Shown here: positions 24,539 to 32,000 of the stretch, one piece after another
How positions within the stretch are numbered: position 1 is the first letter of the stretch
Layout: the number at the start of each line of letters is the position of its first letter
Source of the DNA: an uncultured Opitutales bacterium
Lineage (GTDB): Bacteria; Verrucomicrobiota; Verrucomicrobiia; Opitutales; Intestinicryptomonadaceae
Direction of reading: 5' to 3'
NCBI GenBank assembly: GCA_934613415.1
Contig: CAKTSY010000006.1
Location: 30,001-62,000 of the forward strand
Length of the DNA stretch: 32,000 nt
Notes under the pieces: model-generated
Told to the model about the DNA's origin: nothing
Databases searched by the model: none
What the model saw: the letters and a program-made list of their open reading frames with translations, nothing else
Position numbers and translations under genes: made by a program

Positions 24539-25936
24539 ATGGTTAAACTTACCCAAATTGTACGCAAAATTGCGGGCGACTTGCAAACGCCCGTAGGGCT
24601 CTACCTAAAAATCAGGGATATCGGCGAAAAGTCGGCACTGCTTGAAAGCTCGGATTTTCACACACAAAACAACAGCTATTCTTTTGTGTGCGCAAAGCCC
24701 ATTGGCCACTTTAAGCTCGACAAAAACGTGTGCGAAACGGCGTATCCGAACGGCGAAACCGCACGCGAAACCGTGCAAGACGAAACGCCCGCGGTATCGC
24801 TGCTAAAAAAATATTTGGCAAACTACAAATTCGAAGGCGGCAACCCCCTGCCATCGAACGGGTTTTTCGGCTACACTTCGTACGACTGCGCCGAGCATTT
24901 CGACGCCGTAAAATTCGCAAAGCGCGCGCCCAACGAAAAGGACGCCCCCGAAATGTACTACGTTTTATACCGCTTTACGGTTTCGTTAAACCATTTTAAC
25001 AACGAGCTTGTTGTTGTAGAAAACCTGCCCGAAGGCGAAGCCTCGCAAATGGACGAATTTTTGGCGGTTATCCACAACAACAGTTTTGCCGAATATTCGT
25101 TTGAAAGAGTTGGCTCTCCCAACTACGAAACTTCGGGCGAAAAGTTTATGCAAAACGTTGCCGAGGCAATAAAAAGGATAAAGCTTGGCGACATTTTCCA
25201 GATAGTAATTTCGCGCGGGTTTAACACGCGTTTTAAGGGCGACGACTTTAAAGTATACCGCGCCTTGCGCCGCATAAATCCCTCGCCATACCTTTTTTAT
25301 TTCGACTTCGGCGATTTTAGAATTTTCGGGTCTTCGCCCGAAACGCATCTAAAAATTGTGGGAGATACCGCTAGCATAGACCCCATTGCGGGCACATTCA
25401 AAAGAACGGGCAACGACGAAAAAGATTCGCTTTTGGCCGCCGCCCTTTTAAAAGACCCGAAGGAAAATTCGGAGCACACAATGCTTGTTGATTTGGCGCG
25501 CAACGACCTTTCGAGAAGCTGCCTGCACACTAAAGTGGAATTTTTAAAGCAAATTCAATACTACTCGCACCTGATACATATGGTTTCGAGAGTGTCGGCA
25601 AAAGTGCCGAGCCCCGACAAAAAGCTAGACGTTCTCGCCGACGCGTTCCCCGCCGGCACGCTAAGCGGCGCGCCAAAAATCAAGGCTATGCAGATTATAG
25701 ACGAGCTTGAAGACGACAGGCGTTCGGTATACGGCGGCTGCATTGGGTTTATAGGCTTTAACGGCGACTTAAACCAGGCAATAACCATAAGGACATTCTT
25801 TAGCAAAAACAACACGCTATACTTTAAGGCGGGCGCGGGCATTGTTGTAGACAGTAAACCCGAAAGCGAATTGCAGGAAATAAACAACAAACTTGGAGCT
25901 TTAATGGCGGCTCTCGACAAAGCTTCGGAGGAATAG
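24539..25936 (+). CDS. trpE: anthranilate synthase component I
   Basis: Contains DLQTPVGLYLKI, the chorismate-binding C-terminus GTLSGAPKIKAMQII and GGCIGFIGFNGDLNQAITIRT. I prefer the ATG at 24539, 1 nt after the trpB stop. The ORF track's TTG at 24527 would overlap trpB by 11 nt. Confidence 0.93.
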   Translation: MVKLTQIVRKIAGDLQTPVGLYLKIRDIGEKSALLESSDFHTQNNSYSFVCAKPIGHFKLDKNVCETAYPNGETARETVQDETPAVSLLKKYLANYKFEGGNPLPSNGFFGYTSYDCAEHFDAVKFAKRAPNEKDAPEMYYVLYRFTVSLNHFNNELVVVENLPEGEASQMDEFLAVIHNNSFAEYSFERVGSPNYETSGEKFMQNVAEAIKRIKLGDIFQIVISRGFNTRFKGDDFKVYRALRRINPSPYLFYFDFGDFRIFGSSPETHLKIVGDTASIDPIAGTFKRTGNDEKDSLLAAALLKDPKENSEHTMLVDLARNDLSRSCLHTKVEFLKQIQYYSHLIHMVSRVSAKVPSPDKKLDVLADAFPAGTLSGAPKIKAMQIIDELEDDRRSVYGGCIGFIGFNGDLNQAITIRTFFSKNNTLYFKAGAGIVVDSKPESELQEINNKLGALMAALDKASEE

Positions 25937-25940
25937 CAAA

Positions 25941-26507
25941 ATGAAAACCCTTTTGTTCGACAACTACGACTCTTTTACATACAACATTGCAAACGCTCTT
26001 AGGGAGCTTGGCATAGAAAACCTAAGCGTTGTGCGAAACGACAAAATATCGGTCGAAGAAATGAAAAAGTTCGACAAGATAATATTTTCGCCCGGCCCCG
26101 GAATCCCCAAAGACGCGGGCGTTATGGAAAGCGCAATAAAAGAGCTTGCCCCCACAAAAACAATCTTGGGCGTATGCCTAGGCCACCAGGCAATAGGCGA
26201 AGTTTTCGGCGCAAAGCTCGAAAACCTAAGCCGCCCATTTCACGCGGTGCAGTCGCAAATGAAAATCGCAAAAACAAACCCGCTGTTTAGCGGTTTAAGC
26301 GACGGATTTTTGGCGGGAAGATACCATTCGTGGGTGGTATCCAAAGAAAACTTCCCCGACTGCCTCGAAATTAGCGCCGTTGAAGAAAACGGGCAAATTA
26401 TGGCGTTGCGCCACAAACAATACAACGTATTCGGGCTGCAATTTCACCCAGAATCTATACTTACCCCCGAAGGGGCCAAGATATTGGACAACTTTTTAAA
26501 GCTTTAA
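25941..26507 (+). CDS. trpG: anthranilate synthase component II (glutamine amidotransferase)
   Basis: 188 aa containing LLFDNYDSFTYN, GVCLGHQAIG and GLQFHPESILT. Confidence 0.94.
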   Translation: MKTLLFDNYDSFTYNIANALRELGIENLSVVRNDKISVEEMKKFDKIIFSPGPGIPKDAGVMESAIKELAPTKTILGVCLGHQAIGEVFGAKLENLSRPFHAVQSQMKIAKTNPLFSGLSDGFLAGRYHSWVVSKENFPDCLEISAVEENGQIMALRHKQYNVFGLQFHPESILTPEGAKILDNFLKL

Positions 26508-26511
26508 AAAA

Positions 26512-27507
26512 ATGAAGGCTATTTTAACAAAACTTTTTTCGGGCAAAACGCTAAGTTTTGACGAGGCAAAAAACGTAATGCTTGGCGTTTCCACCCACGG
26601 CTACAACAACGCGCAGCTGGCTGCGTTTATGTCGGTTTTCCTTATGCGCGCCATTGCCCCGCAAGAGCTTTCGGGCTTTTCGGCGGCAATACGCGAAACG
26701 CAAACCAAGCTTAACATAAACGCCGACAACGCGGTAGACATTGTAGGCACGGGCGGCGACGGCAAAGACACTTTCAATATCTCTACTTTGTCGTGCTTCG
26801 TTTTGGCGGGGGCTTCTTACAAGGTTGTAAAGCACGGCAACTACGGCGCAAGCTCGGCAAGCGGCGCTTCGAACGCGCTTGAAAACTGCGGAGCTAAATT
26901 CACAAACAACCCCGACATTCTGCAACGTTCTTTAGACGAATCGAATATGCTTTATATGCACGCTCCCCTTTTCAATTCGGCGTTAAAGGTTGTTGCCTCG
27001 GCAAGAAAAGAGCTTGGAGTAAGAACATTCTTCAACCTGTTGGGCCCCCTGCTAAACCCGCTTAAGCCCAAAAATATGCTGCTTGGCGTATACAGCCTAA
27101 AGCTTGTAAGGCTCTATAAATACATACTCGAAAACACGGTAGACAACTACGCCATTGTGCACTCGCTAGACGGCTACGACGAAATTTCGCTTACGGGCAA
27201 ATTCAAAATTGCATCGTCTAAAAACGAAGGCGTTTTTACCCCCGAAGACTTGGGGCTGCCGCGCTGCAAACAAAGCGATTTGGGCTGCCAAAGCAACGCG
27301 CAAATTGCAAAGGAAATTTTTATAGACGTTTTAAACTGCAACGCAACGCCACAGCAGGAAAATTGCGTTTTGGCAAATTCGGCGGCCGCAATAGGCATAC
27401 TCGAAAAAAACAAAAGCTTTGCCGAATGTCTTGAAATTGCGCGCGAAAGCCTGCGCGGCAAAAAGGCGTTGGCTTGCTTTAAAAAATATTTGGAGATAAA
27501 CAAATGA
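26512..27507 (+). CDS. trpD: anthranilate phosphoribosyltransferase
   Basis: 331 aa containing VDIVGTGGDGKDTFNISTLS and KHGNYGASSASGASNALE. Confidence 0.95.
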   Translation: MKAILTKLFSGKTLSFDEAKNVMLGVSTHGYNNAQLAAFMSVFLMRAIAPQELSGFSAAIRETQTKLNINADNAVDIVGTGGDGKDTFNISTLSCFVLAGASYKVVKHGNYGASSASGASNALENCGAKFTNNPDILQRSLDESNMLYMHAPLFNSALKVVASARKELGVRTFFNLLGPLLNPLKPKNMLLGVYSLKLVRLYKYILENTVDNYAIVHSLDGYDEISLTGKFKIASSKNEGVFTPEDLGLPRCKQSDLGCQSNAQIAKEIFIDVLNCNATPQQENCVLANSAAAIGILEKNKSFAECLEIARESLRGKKALACFKKYLEINK

Positions 27508-28277
27508 GCATTCTCGAAACCATTTTGGAAAACAAAAAAGCCGAAGTTGCAGCCGACAAAAAAAGAGTGGGTATTGCGGACTTTGGCGGTTTTGAATATT
27601 TTTCGAGAAAGTGCATTTCGCCGAAGGCATTGTTTTTAAAAAACAAAACCTCGCTTATTTGCGAATTTAAACGCAAGTCGCCCTCAAAGGGCGACATTGC
27701 CCCGAACGCCTCTCCCGAAACGCAAATTCCGCAATATATAAAAGGCGGGGCAGCCGCCCTTTCGGTGCTTACCGACAATGTGTTTTTTGGAGGCTCGGCA
27801 AACGACCTGCTTTGCGCCAGAAAGCTCGCAAACATTCCCGTTTTGCGCAAAGACTTTGTTGTAGACGAATACCAAATCTACCAGGCAAAGGCTTTGGGCG
27901 CCGACTTTGTTCTGCTAATAGCGGCAGCCCTAAGCAAAACCCAATGCAAAGACTACGCCGACATTGCCCACGGATTGGGAATGGAGGTTTTAACCGAGTT
28001 GCACGATGTTTTAGAGATTGAAAAGCTGCCCGAATCTTCAGATTTGGCAGGCGTAAACAACCGCAACTTGGCAAACTTTAAGTGCTCGTTTCAAAGCGCA
28101 AAAGATTTGGTTAACCTTATTGGCAGAAACTTTGTTAAGGTTGCCGAAAGCTCTATAAAAACGCCCGAAGACATACGCGAATTGAAGAATGCGGGCTTTT
28201 CGGCGTTCCTTATAGGCGAAACTCTTATGCGCAGCCAAAACCCCGCGCAAACAATTGCAGAATTTTTAAAGGAATGA
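27504..28277 (+). CDS. trpC: indole-3-glycerol-phosphate synthase
   Basis: 257 aa containing LICEFKRKSPSKGDI, ALSVLTDNVFFGGS and LRKDFVVDEYQIYQA. ATGA start/stop overlap with trpD. Confidence 0.95.
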   Translation: MSILETILENKKAEVAADKKRVGIADFGGFEYFSRKCISPKALFLKNKTSLICEFKRKSPSKGDIAPNASPETQIPQYIKGGAAALSVLTDNVFFGGSANDLLCARKLANIPVLRKDFVVDEYQIYQAKALGADFVLLIAAALSKTQCKDYADIAHGLGMEVLTELHDVLEIEKLPESSDLAGVNNRNLANFKCSFQSAKDLVNLIGRNFVKVAESSIKTPEDIRELKNAGFSAFLIGETLMRSQNPAQTIAEFLKE

Positions 28278-28891
28278 AAATAAAGATTTGCGGAATGAAA
28301 AACGCCGAAAACGTCGAGAAAATATCGACGCTTTGCCCCGACATGCTTGGCTTTATCTTTTACGAAAAGTCGCCCCGCAACGCGTTTGTCCTTAACATAG
28401 ATTTTATAAAAAATTTTAAGGCCGCGCAAAAAGTCGGCGTTTTTGTGGGCGAATCTATCGGAAATATCCGCAAAATTTGCACAGAAAGAGACATTAAAAC
28501 CGTGCAGCTTCACGGCAGCGAAAGCCCGGATTTTTGCAAAGAGGCAAGGGCACTTGGCTTTACCGTAATAAAGGCGTTTCAAATTTCGGACGAAGGCGAT
28601 TTAGAAAAAATAGAGCCCTATACTTCGGTTTGCGACTATGCTTTGCTAGATACCAAGTGCAGCACCTACGGCGGCAGCGGGCAAAAATTTGGCTGGGATT
28701 TGCTTGCCCGATACCGATGGCGTTTGCCCTTCTTTTTAAGCGGTGGCATTTGCGAGAACGATGCGAAAAACATTTTGGGAATAAAAAACAAAATGCTTTT
28801 CGGAGTAGATTTAAACAGCCGCTTCGAAAACGAACTAAAACTAAAAGACTGCGACAAACTGAAAAAATTTATAAAAGAAATTAGAGGATAA
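28274..28891 (+). CDS. trpF: phosphoribosylanthranilate isomerase
   Basis: 205 aa containing MKIKICGMKN, VQLHGSESP and LLDTKCSTYGGSGQKFGW. ATGA overlap with trpC. Confidence 0.93.
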   Translation: MKIKICGMKNAENVEKISTLCPDMLGFIFYEKSPRNAFVLNIDFIKNFKAAQKVGVFVGESIGNIRKICTERDIKTVQLHGSESPDFCKEARALGFTVIKAFQISDEGDLEKIEPYTSVCDYALLDTKCSTYGGSGQKFGWDLLARYRWRLPFFLSGGICENDAKNILGIKNKMLFGVDLNSRFENELKLKDCDKLKKFIKEIRG

Positions 28892-28895
28892 AATT

Positions 28896-29669
28896 ATGAA
28901 TAAATTAAACGAACTGCTTGCAAAAAAAGACAAAAACCTGCTTTCGGTATATTTTACCGCCGGCTACCCGAACCTAAACGACACGACAAAGATAATAGAA
29001 GCCCTCGACAAAAACGGCGTAGACCTTATAGAAATAGGCCTGCCCTTTTCCGACCCCATTGCCGACGGGCAAACCATTCAGGAAAGCTCGCATTTGGCCC
29101 TTGTAAACGGTATGACAACCCAGCTTATGTTCGAGCAGCTTAAAGCGCTAAAGAACACGAATGCCGTTTTAATTTTAATGACCTATTTGAATTTGGTTGT
29201 GCACTACGGTTTTGAAAACACCTTAAAGATGTGCAAAGAGAGCAACATTTCGGCCATGATTTTGCCCGACCTGCCGCTTGAGGAGTACGAGCGCGACTAC
29301 AAAGCCCTGTGCGAAAAATACGGTATAAAAATTGTTATGCTAATTAGCCCCGAAAGCTCCGACGAAAGGATAAGGGCCATAGACAACGCAACAGATTCGT
29401 TTATCTATATGGTTTCGAGCGCGTCGGTAACGGGCACAAAAGACGATTTCGACGAAAAGCAGTGCGCATATTTTAAACGAATTAGCGATATGAACCTGAA
29501 AAACAAACGCCTTATAGGCTTCGGCATTTCGAACAAAAAGACAAAGGACAAGGCAAACAAATACTCTTCGGGCGTTATCATAGGCAGCGCATTTATCAAG
29601 GCTTTGGCGCAAGAGCCGAACAACCCCGAAAAGGCGGTAAAGCTGTTCCTTGAAAAGCTGGAAAAGTAA
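28896..29669 (+). CDS. trpA: tryptophan synthase alpha subunit
   Basis: 257 aa containing YFTAGYPNLNDT, DLIEIGLPFSDPIADGQTIQ and GFGIS. Confidence 0.95.
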   Translation: MNKLNELLAKKDKNLLSVYFTAGYPNLNDTTKIIEALDKNGVDLIEIGLPFSDPIADGQTIQESSHLALVNGMTTQLMFEQLKALKNTNAVLILMTYLNLVVHYGFENTLKMCKESNISAMILPDLPLEEYERDYKALCEKYGIKIVMLISPESSDERIRAIDNATDSFIYMVSSASVTGTKDDFDEKQCAYFKRISDMNLKNKRLIGFGISNKKTKDKANKYSSGVIIGSAFIKALAQEPNNPEKAVKLFLEKLEK

Positions 29670-29822
29670 AAACGTTTTAAACAAAAATTTGCATAGAGCC
29701 TTGCGCTTGCAACGCCCGAAAAACGGCTCTTTTATAAAAAATTGCGGCACTCGATAAAAAAAGCTTGTATCGCAATTTTTTTCGATTAACCTATAAATCG
29801 TTTAATACTTAATAATAACACT

Positions 29823-30386
29823 ATGGCTAATTTTATAGAAACACAAATAGACGAACTGCGCGCCGTTTTGGAAAGCGCAAAAGCACTTGCCCCCGAAATC
29901 GAAAAGGCGGCTTTGTATGCAAGCGAATGTATAAATAATGGCGGCACAATATTTTCGTGCGGCAACGGCGGCAGCGCGGCCGACGCCATGCATTTGGCCG
30001 AAGAGCTTTCGGGCAGATATAAGAACAACCGCAAAGCTCTGCGCGGCTTGGCGTTGAATGCCGACCCTACCGCAATAACCTGCATTGCAAACGATTTCGG
30101 CTACGACAACCTTTTTTCGCGCCAGCTTGAAGCCTTCGGCAAAGCGGGCGACTTGCTTGTTTTGTTCAGCTCTAGCGGCAATTCAAAAAACCAGCTTAAC
30201 GCAATAGAGCAGGCAAAGCAAATGGGCGTAAAAACCTTTTTAGTTACCGGCAAAAGCGGCGGCATTTGCAAAGGCAAGGCCGACTTTGAGATTGTAGTGC
30301 CCTCTAACACGGGCGCAAGAGTGCAGGAAGTGCACACAATGGTATTGCACATCTTAATTGAATATATTGAAAAGAATTTGAAATAA
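29823..30386 (+). CDS. gmhA: SIS-domain D-sedoheptulose-7-phosphate isomerase (phosphoheptose isomerase)
   Basis: 187 aa containing GGTIFSCGNGGSAADAMHLAEELSGRY, LVLFSSSGNS and QEVHTMVLHIL. Confidence 0.85.
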   Translation: MANFIETQIDELRAVLESAKALAPEIEKAALYASECINNGGTIFSCGNGGSAADAMHLAEELSGRYKNNRKALRGLALNADPTAITCIANDFGYDNLFSRQLEAFGKAGDLLVLFSSSGNSKNQLNAIEQAKQMGVKTFLVTGKSGGICKGKADFEIVVPSNTGARVQEVHTMVLHILIEYIEKNLK

Positions 30387-30406
30387 CAACTAGAGGAAAA
30401 TTATAT

Positions 30407-32000
30407 ATGAAATTGAAAACAACTGCATTGTTTGCTTCGGCAATAATTGCCGCGGCTGGTTGCTTTGGGGTGGAAAATCCCGCACAGTATGTAAAACCCT
30501 TTGTGGGAACCGCCTATGTAGGACACACATTCCCGGGGCCTACAATGCCCTTCGGCTTGGTCCAGCCCGGGCCCGAAACAGGCCAATATAGCTGGAAATA
30601 CTGCAGCGGCTATAATTACGACGACAAAGCCATAATCTCTTTCGGACAAACACACATGAACGGCACGGGCTGCCCCGACTTTGGCGACGTTGCCTTTATG
30701 CCATTTGTTGGCGACCCCGTTAAAAAGTCGTATAAAAGCGCGTTCGACAAGAAAAACGAGAGCTCGGAAATAGGCCTGTATAAAGTATACCTAGACGACG
30801 CGAAAGCAGAGGTAAACATTACCGCAACCGAACGAGTCGCCTTCTACGAAATTAAGTTCGACGAAGACAACGGGGGGCTTTTCTTTAACTTCCAAAGCGG
30901 TATGGGCGGCAACCCTGCGCGCCGTGTGTTGGAATGCTCTATCGACACTGAAACCGTAAAACCCACAACGCTTTTCGGCGAAATTTCGGCGTTGCTTAAC
31001 GACAATGCTCCAAATGCAATTTCTGGCTATGTAAGAACGGCGGGCTTCACAAACCGCAAAGTTTATTTTTACGTTGTTTTCGACAAACCCATTTTAAAGC
31101 TTACCCAAGTAAAAATGGGTGCGCCAACCGAAAAAGCCCCCAAATGGGCTTTGCAGTTCGGATTAAAGAAGGGCGAAACGCTTAGGGTAAAAATTGCAAT
31201 GTCTACCGCATCTAAAGAAGGCGCAAAGCTTAATATGAAAAGCGAGCTGGACGGCTGGAACTTTAAGCAAACCGTTGCAAACAACAAGGCAAAGTGGAAC
31301 AAAATTTTGGGGCTAATAGACGTCAGGGGCGACGAAGCTTCGCTAGAAAACTTCTACACAAGCATGTATCACTTGTTTGTGCAACCCAACAATTTGTGCG
31401 ATGTGGACGGCTCTTATACGGCAACAAACGGCCAAGTTAAAAAGTCGCCTACAAAAAGCTATCATAGCTCTTGGAGCTTGTGGGACACCTACAGGGCGGC
31501 CCACCCCCTCTACACAATCTTGACGCCCGAAAAGGTGGACATGTTTATAAACGATATGCTTGCCCACTACGAAACAAAGGGCTATTTGCCGGTCAACGTA
31601 TATTGGGGCTTTGAAACACATTGCATGATAGGCAATCACGCAATAAGCGTATTAGGCGAAGCAATAGTTAAGGGCTTTAACGGTTTCGACCGCCAAAAGG
31701 CGTTAGATGCAATGGTAGTTTCCTCTACCGTTCCCCACAAAAAGTCGCCTTGGATAGACTACGAAAAATGCGGCTATTTTCCCTTCGACGTAATGAAAAC
31801 CGAATCGGTTTCGTCTACAATGGAGGCAACATATAACGACGCATGCGTGGCAGCTTCGGCAAAAGTTTTGGGCAACAAGTTCATTGAAGAACACTTTACA
31901 AAGCGTTCGAACTTCTACAAAAACCTGTTTGATCCTACCACAAAATTTATGCGCGGCCGCGACAGCAAGGGCAACTGGAGAGAACCCTTTAGCCCCTTCC
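30407..32000 (+). CDS. GH92-family alpha-mannosidase-like lipoprotein, N-terminal ~531 codons (runs off the window end)
   Basis: Hand translation from the ATG at 30407 gives MKLKTTALFASAIIAAAG|C (lipobox AAGC). GH92-type blocks follow: VKPFVGTAYVGHTFPGPTMPFGLVQPGP, FGQTHMNGTGCPDFGD, FYTSMYHLFVQPN and SLWDTYRAAHPLYTIL. The frame stays open to 32000. It is missing from the ORF track because it has no stop codon. Confidence 0.88.
   Translation, partial: MKLKTTALFASAIIAAAGCFGVENPAQYVKPFVGTAYVGHTFPGPTMPFGLVQPGPETGQYSWKYCSGYNYDDKAIISFGQTHMNGTGCPDFGDVAFMPFVGDPVKKSYKSAFDKKNESSEIGLYKVYLDDAKAEVNITATERVAFYEIKFDEDNGGLFFNFQSGMGGNPARRVLECSIDTETVKPTTLFGEISALLNDNAPNAISGYVRTAGFTNRKVYFYVVFDKPILKLTQVKMGAPTEKAPKWALQFGLKKGETLRVKIAMSTASKEGAKLNMKSELDGWNFKQTVANNKAKWNKILGLIDVRGDEASLENFYTSMYHLFVQPNNLCDVDGSYTATNGQVKKSPTKSYHSSWSLWDTYRAAHPLYTILTPEKVDMFINDMLAHYETKGYLPVNVYWGFETHCMIGNHAISVLGEAIVKGFNGFDRQKALDAMVVSSTVPHKKSPWIDYEKCGYFPFDVMKTESVSSTMEATYNDACVAASAKVLGNKFIEEHFTKRSNFYKNLFDPTTKFMRGRDSKGNWREPFSPF

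Noticed and set aside
29695-29782. Possible trp operon terminators after trpA: AGAGCC...GGCTCT (29695-29730), and AAAAATTGCG...CGCAATTTTT (29736-29780) with the T run continuing to 29782.
   Set aside because: Both have only ~6 G/C-containing base pairs closing 24-nt loops. That is far weaker than the clear terminators at 11065-11094 and 23245-23280, so I do not report them as features.
1-32000. Search for mobile elements, prophage or defence genes, toxin-antitoxin pairs, tRNA or rRNA genes, and CRISPR arrays.
   Set aside because: Conserved housekeeping or CAZyme-type genes, plus the two hypothetical proteins described above, account for every ORF over ~100 aa. I saw no integrase or transposase motifs, no long inverted or direct terminal repeats, and no cloverleaf-like sequences in the spacers.

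Overview
A 32-kb chromosomal window, roughly 46-48% G+C by hand counts, from a diderm bacterium I cannot name from sequence alone. Almost all of it is housekeeping. (1) 1-10584, minus strand: a ribosomal-protein cluster running rplC-rplD-rplW-rplB-rpsS-[110-aa non-ribosomal ORF]-rplV-rpsC-rplP-rpmC-rpsQ-rplN-rplX-rplE-rpsN-rpsH-rplF-rplR-rpsE-rplO-secY-map. rpsJ, rpmD and adk are absent from their usual positions. (2) 10585-11146: an unusually long, very AT-rich spacer of 562 bp. It holds an array of T-run/GC/A-run dyads spaced about 21 bp apart, a structured rplC leader, and the kdgK terminator. (3) 11147-18488, minus strand: a PfkB sugar kinase (KdgK-like), an uncharacterised 634-aa membrane protein tightly linked to pssA, and a 1062-aa secreted glycosidase-like protein. 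(4) 18702-23094, plus strand: carB then carA, the reverse of the canonical order. (5) 23126-29669, plus strand: a complete unfused trp operon in the order trpB-E-G-D-C-F-A. It is preceded by a 25-codon Trp-rich leader ORF (WWRW), an alternative antiterminator pairing and a strong intrinsic terminator. The ORF track does not list the leader because it is short. (6) gmhA, then the 5' part of a GH92 lipoprotein running off the window end. The ORF track also misses this gene and the truncated map. I saw no rRNA, tRNA, CRISPR, transposase, integrase or recognisable defence genes. The most unusual items are the exported small protein wedged between rpsS and rplV, the phased palindrome array upstream of rplC, the trp attenuator, an extra C-terminal TM helix on SecY, and the 634-aa membrane protein with a protease-like C-terminal domain.
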